Below, in pieces: positions 55,902 to 59,982 of a stretch of DNA of 59,982 nt. The stretch comes from a virus. Taxonomy: Duplodnaviria > Caudoviricetes. Numbering within the stretch: position 1 is the first letter of the stretch; each line of letters starts with the position of its first letter. Under the pieces are notes generated by a model that was not told the DNA's origin, ran no database searches, and saw only the letters and a list, made by a program, of their open reading frames with translations. Both the position numbers and the translations under genes were made by a program. Where the stretch lies: positions 1 to 59,982 of IMG/VR virus record IMGVR_UViG_3300011114_001028. The stretch is one strand, 5' to 3'.

Positions 55902-56582
55902 ATGAAAAATATTTATTATACCTATGCCTGGTTGAGGGAGGATATGACCCCTTATTATGTGGGTAAGGGTATTGGTAATAGGGCATATCGTTCTCATAGA
56001 AGAGGGGATACTTATATGTCTCCTCCACCAAGAGATAGAGTGCTTTTTTTGAAGAAAAATCTAACAGAGTTTAACGCTTATAAACACGAAAACTATATTA
56101 TCACTATTTTGGGGTTAAAAAGTGAAGGTGGTATATTAATCAATATGTCTTATGGTGGGGAAGGAAGTTCAGGTAGAAAAGCAAGTGAATATTGTATTCA
56201 AAGAACAAAAGAAGTTAATATAGGAAAAACTCTTACAGAAGAACACAAGAAAAAAGTTTCACAACAAGTATTACAAAGGAGGTGGTGGAATAATGGTAAA
56301 ATAGATAAGCACACTATTGCATGTCCTGGTGATGGTTGGGTATTGGGAAGATTATTTACCAAAGAGTGTGAAAAGTATAAAACAAAAGAGTTTGCTGAAA
56401 AATCAAGAAAAAATAACTTGGGTAAAGTTGTTAGTGATGAAACCAAGAAAAAGCAAAGTGAAATGAGAAAAGGTAGAAAATGGTGGAATAATGGTATTGA
56501 AACAAAGTTATGTTATGAATGTCCTGCGGATGGGTGGGTCGTTGGGCGACCAGGACACTTGATGAAGTGTCCCACCACTTAA
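55902..56582 (+). mobile_element. Free-standing GIY-YIG-like homing endonuclease
   Basis: YYTYAWLR...PYYVGKG...R...H; two NUMOD3-like segments each followed by WWNNG...CPxDGWVxGR; TATAAATA at 55871. Confidence 0.8.
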
Positions 56583-56609
56583 AACGATTAGTCGTGGGGC
56601 GGGTATAAT
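56553..56609 (+). promoter_or_regulatory. Early promoter with palindromic box
   Basis: GGACACTT-GATG-AAGTGTCC, 31 nt, then TATAAT. Confidence 0.75.
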
Positions 56610-56632
56610 ACTTTCATATCGCACATCCTCAA

Positions 56633-58771
56633 ATGTCCGTCAATATTGAAGTAAAGGGAATGCTTGCTCGTCTTCTGGCTACAGAAGATATTGTTGTTGA
56701 GCATAAAAAAGTAGAAACCGCTTGCTTTAATGTCCATACCAGAGTTCTTACTCTCCCGATGTGGGAGAAGGCTAGCAATAATATCTACGATTTGTTGGTC
56801 GCCCACGAGTGCGGGCATAGTATTCACACTCCCGATGATGACTGGTTTGAGAATACTACAATTCCTCAACAGTTTGTGAATATTGTAGAAGATGCCCGTA
56901 TTGAAAAATTAATGAAACGCAAGTATGAGGGACTTGCAAAGACTTTTTATAATGGATATAAAGAATTAAGTGATCAAGACTTTTTTGAGATTGCTGATGA
57001 AGATTTAGAAACCTTAAATCTTGCTGATAAAACAAACCTTTACTTTAAGATTGGTAATTTTCTTTCTCCTTTAAATTTTAATTCCAAAGAAAAAGAAATT
57101 GTTGAGTGTATTGATTCCTGTGAAACTTTTACAGATGTGATTATTGCCGCAGAGAAACTTTATGAGTATTGTAAGGAAGAACAACAGAAACAACAAAAGG
57201 TTGCTAATCTAGATTCTCACGATTCTCAACAACAAGGTAATTCTTCTTCTGGTGAGCAAACTGGAGAAACGGAAGAAAGTGATAACGATCAACAAGAATC
57301 TTCACAACCAGAAGAATCTTCCGGAAATTCTAGTGGAAATCAAACAATACCAGATCTTTCTTCACAAGAACCCGAAGTTCGCACTGCTGATGCTCTTCGT
57401 GAAAAAATTGAGAGTCTTGTAAGTAGTGATAACCGAGATAATGTTTATGTTGAACTCCCACATCTCAACCTAGAAACTATAATTGCTAAAAATTCAGAGA
57501 TTCATCAATATATTGATGAAAATTTTGAAAAACAAAAAAAATATATTGACTTCAATAATGATACAACACATATTCTTGATTTATATGAAGAGGTAGATAA
57601 GTCATATAAGCAATTTAAGACCTCTGCTCAAAAAGAAGTCAACTATCTTGTAAAAGAATTTGAGTGTCGTAAGGCAGCAGATTCTTATGCCAGAACATCA
57701 ACTGCTCGCACAGGAGTTCTTGATACTGCCCGTCTTCATACCTACAAGTATAATGAAGATTTATTTAAGAAAATAAGTGTGATTCCTGATGGTAAAAATC
57801 ACGGGTTGATTTTTATTCTTGATTGGAGTGGGTCAATGAATGAAGTTATTCAGGACACCTGTAAGCAACTTTTCAATCTAATCTGGTTTTGTAAAAAAGT
57901 CTCAATTCCTTTTGAGGTTTATGCCTTTACAAATGAATGGAGAAGCCCATCAAAGTCTCAAGAAGTTTATTCTCCACATTATGAAAAACGAGAAGGATTG
58001 ATTTATGTTGCTGATGATTTTTCTTTATTGAATCTTCTTACAAGTAAAGTAAATATGAAAACTCTGGAGCATCAGATGCTCAATATTTGGAGACTGACTA
58101 TTGCTCTTCGTAATCCATATGGGTGTGGATGTAGATATGTTGCTCCAACTCGATTATATCTCTCCAGCACTCCACTGAATGAGGCACTGATTGCCCTACA
58201 TCAAATTCTTCCTAATTTTCAGAGAGAAAATAAACTTCAAAAAGTTCAGTGTGTAGTTTTGACTGATGGTGAGGCAAACTGCCTTCCTTATCATATTGAA
58301 GTCAAACGTGGATCTCAACCTTATATTGGTGTTCGTGGTATTTCTCCTGGACAAACTTTTCTTCGTGATCGTAAGATTGGAACTACTTATAAGTTTGGGT
58401 ATGAATATCATAAATTTACCGAAGTTTTAATATCAAATCTCAAGGACAAGTTTCCAACAGTCAATATGATCGGTATTCGTGTGCTTCAGAATCGTGATAC
58501 ATCCAATTTTGTGAGTCTTTATTACAACAAATTATCTCCCCAATACGTTAAAATTTTATCTGATTGGAAGAAGAATCGGAGTCTAAATATTTTAGATTCA
58601 AGTTATGATGCCTACTTTGGACTTTCTGCATCCACTCTCTCACAAGATTCTGAATTTGAAGTTGCCGAAGATGCCACAAAGTCACAGATTAAAAGTGCCT
58701 TTGTAAAAAGTCTCAAGATCAAAAAATTGAATAAAAAAGTTCTGGGACAGTTTATGGAGTTGGTCGTATGA
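56633..58771 (+). CDS. Zincin-like peptidase plus VWA domain protein (CobT-like)
   Basis: HECGH (HExxH) with NIVEDARIE; acidic linker; MIDAS DWSGS and LTDGE. Confidence 0.85.
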   Translation: MSVNIEVKGMLARLLATEDIVVEHKKVETACFNVHTRVLTLPMWEKASNNIYDLLVAHECGHSIHTPDDDWFENTTIPQQFVNIVEDARIEKLMKRKYEGLAKTFYNGYKELSDQDFFEIADEDLETLNLADKTNLYFKIGNFLSPLNFNSKEKEIVECIDSCETFTDVIIAAEKLYEYCKEEQQKQQKVANLDSHDSQQQGNSSSGEQTGETEESDNDQQESSQPEESSGNSSGNQTIPDLSSQEPEVRTADALREKIESLVSSDNRDNVYVELPHLNLETIIAKNSEIHQYIDENFEKQKKYIDFNNDTTHILDLYEEVDKSYKQFKTSAQKEVNYLVKEFECRKAADSYARTSTARTGVLDTARLHTYKYNEDLFKKISVIPDGKNHGLIFILDWSGSMNEVIQDTCKQLFNLIWFCKKVSIPFEVYAFTNEWRSPSKSQEVYSPHYEKREGLIYVADDFSLLNLLTSKVNMKTLEHQMLNIWRLTIALRNPYGCGCRYVAPTRLYLSSTPLNEALIALHQILPNFQRENKLQKVQCVVLTDGEANCLPYHIEVKRGSQPYIGVRGISPGQTFLRDRKIGTTYKFGYEYHKFTEVLISNLKDKFPTVNMIGIRVLQNRDTSNFVSLYYNKLSPQYVKILSDWKKNRSLNILDSSYDAYFGLSASTLSQDSEFEVAEDATKSQIKSAFVKSLKIKKLNKKVLGQFMELVV

Positions 58772-58777
58772 TAAATA
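58770..58777 (+). promoter_or_regulatory. Late promoter
   Basis: GATAAATA 15 nt before ATG 58793. Confidence 0.75.
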
Positions 58778-58792
58778 CCTAAAAAGATTAAA

Positions 58793-59308
58793 ATGAAGAC
58801 TTTTCAAGAATTTGTGTTAGAATGCTATTCTATTCAGGAGACTTCTCTGACTCGTGTGATGAGTAAGTCAAAAAAAGGTGGAATGGCAATTATGTCTGCT
58901 CAACGTGGTGATAAATCTTCATCGGAAAATAAAGCACGTTCAAAACAACTTGAGCGTGATATTAGGGGTGCTGGTCTCCCAGGTCCCACAAAAGTTGCTG
59001 GTAGATACACAGAAAATCCGGGCACTCCAGAAGAAAAAAAAGTAGGAGAAAAATCACACGTTATTACTCCTGGAAAGAAAGGTAAGAGAAAATTTAAGAA
59101 AGCAATAGAAAAGTTAGGTAAAAAATACAATCAAGATTCTGTTTTGATTCAACGCAAACCAGGAGGAAGTTCAACTCTCAAAGGAACTTCTAAAACATCT
59201 TGGCCAGGCAAGGGAAAGAATGTTAGTATAGGGAGCATGAAACCAGGTAGAACTGGTGAGTTTGATACTAAAGTTAAAAACAAAACATTTACAGTTGGAG
59301 ATGATTGA
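58793..59308 (+). CDS. Putative SAM lyase (T3 SAMase-like) with T4-type capsid-targeting sequence
   Basis: N-terminus MKTFQEFVLE; ordered motifs SAQR, N..R, GRYTE, EKS and YNQDSVLI. Confidence 0.7.
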   Translation: MKTFQEFVLECYSIQETSLTRVMSKSKKGGMAIMSAQRGDKSSSENKARSKQLERDIRGAGLPGPTKVAGRYTENPGTPEEKKVGEKSHVITPGKKGKRKFKKAIEKLGKKYNQDSVLIQRKPGGSSTLKGTSKTSWPGKGKNVSIGSMKPGRTGEFDTKVKNKTFTVGDD

Positions 59309-59523
59309 TTATGTCTAAAAACAAAGTGAATGAAACCGAAATCTGGGGAATGCCCTGTGCTGTAGATCACAAAAATAAAAGAGTTTATTTAAAGTGTGAG
59401 AGTGCCATTACTGCGATGGGTATTGGTGCTCTTGTAGAAAAGTATTATCCCGGATATAAAGGACATTTAGTAAGTCTAAATCGTCTGAGTGAAATTAGAG
59501 ACAGTTTGGAAACCGTCCAATAG
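59305..59523 (+). CDS. Hypothetical protein
   Basis: 72 aa, ATGA-coupled to the upstream gene. Confidence 0.65.
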   Translation: MIMSKNKVNETEIWGMPCAVDHKNKRVYLKCESAITAMGIGALVEKYYPGYKGHLVSLNRLSEIRDSLETVQ

Positions 59524-59555
59524 GGTGGTTTTGAGACTCTGATTGCTGTTACAAT
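59499..59555 (+). promoter_or_regulatory. Early promoter with degenerate palindromic box
   Basis: AGACAGTT-TGGA-AACCGTCC, 31 nt, then TGn-TACAAT. Confidence 0.7.
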
Positions 59556-59581
59556 GACTATGTTGAAACAAACCACTCACT

Positions 59582-59982
59582 ATGCTCCGTCTCAAAATGA
59601 CTCCCGATTATATCGTTTCTTCTCTGAGATCACTTTTTGGATCGGAAATTACTGGTGCCGACATTCGTGGTTGGTGTGCCAGTAATGGAAGTGCCTATCA
59701 AACCGTTACAAAAAATCTTGAAAAATATAAGACTTCTCGTGGTAAGTGGAATTTAGAAGTGACACAAGAAAAGGTAAAAGAAATAGAACGTAGTTTTTCT
59801 TCTCCTGCTGCTCTTCCTGCTTTGGAACAAAATCTTATTCCTGATAAAGATGATACTTTCGTCAAGTTTGGTAACTTCAACGATATTAAAAAAATTATTC
59901 AGTCCCGTATTTTTTACCCAACGTTTATTACGGGTCTCTCGGGTAATGGCAAGACGTTCTCTGTGGAGCAAGCTTGTGCTCA
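59582..59982 (+). CDS. cobS: CobS/MoxR-like AAA+ ATPase (runs off the window; not in ORF track)
   Basis: Open frame MLRLKMTPDY...PDKDDTFVKFGNF...FITGLSGNGKTFSVEQACA with Walker A. Confidence 0.9.
   Translation, partial: MLRLKMTPDYIVSSLRSLFGSEITGADIRGWCASNGSAYQTVTKNLEKYKTSRGKWNLEVTQEKVKEIERSFSSPAALPALEQNLIPDKDDTFVKFGNFNDIKKIIQSRIFYPTFITGLSGNGKTFSVEQACA

Noticed and set aside
1327-59971. All minus-strand ORFs and short alternative-frame plus ORFs in the track (e.g. 3498-3716, 13265-13609, 33629-33865, 48676-48960, 56588-56869, 59753-59971)
   Set aside because: They overlap well-supported + strand genes, lack recognisable motifs or RBS, and are the shadow ORFs expected from codon bias
59582-59982. 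cobS as evidence of cobalamin biosynthesis
   Set aside because: Only an AAA+ N-terminus is visible, and no other cob genes or photosynthesis genes occur in this window

Overview
Fragment of an AT-rich T4-like myovirus genome. Gene order and protein families point to a T4-like cyanophage (Kyanoviridae-type; freshwater type is an inference). All credible genes are on the + strand. 1-2.3 kb: accessory/early region with a cytosine-free repeat array, divergent sigma70 promoters, a duplicated promoter cassette and small ORFs. 2.3-4.5 kb: small ORFs and a glycosyltransferase-like gene. 4.5-50 kb: virion module (gp25, gp6, 4009-aa gp7-like, gp8, 2561-aa structural protein, gp13-gp16, accessory proteins, gp17-gp23, gp3) with many T4 late promoters (NATAAATA). 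50-60 kb: uvsY, uvsW, gp55, gp47, gp46, a homing endonuclease, a peptidase/VWA gene and a truncated cobS-like AAA+ gene. Highlights: (1) a late-promoter gene encoding an apparent T3-type SAM lyase with a T4 capsid-targeting sequence, i.e. a candidate virion-packaged anti-restriction enzyme; (2) a large terminase fractured by an atypically split intein with a GIY-YIG endonuclease between the halves; (3) a 606-aa candidate head polyprotein of basic modules joined by prohead-protease-like sites; (4) a duplicated promoter whose palindromic box is exactly flipped between copies. All family assignments are by eye from motifs and synteny; no database searches were run.
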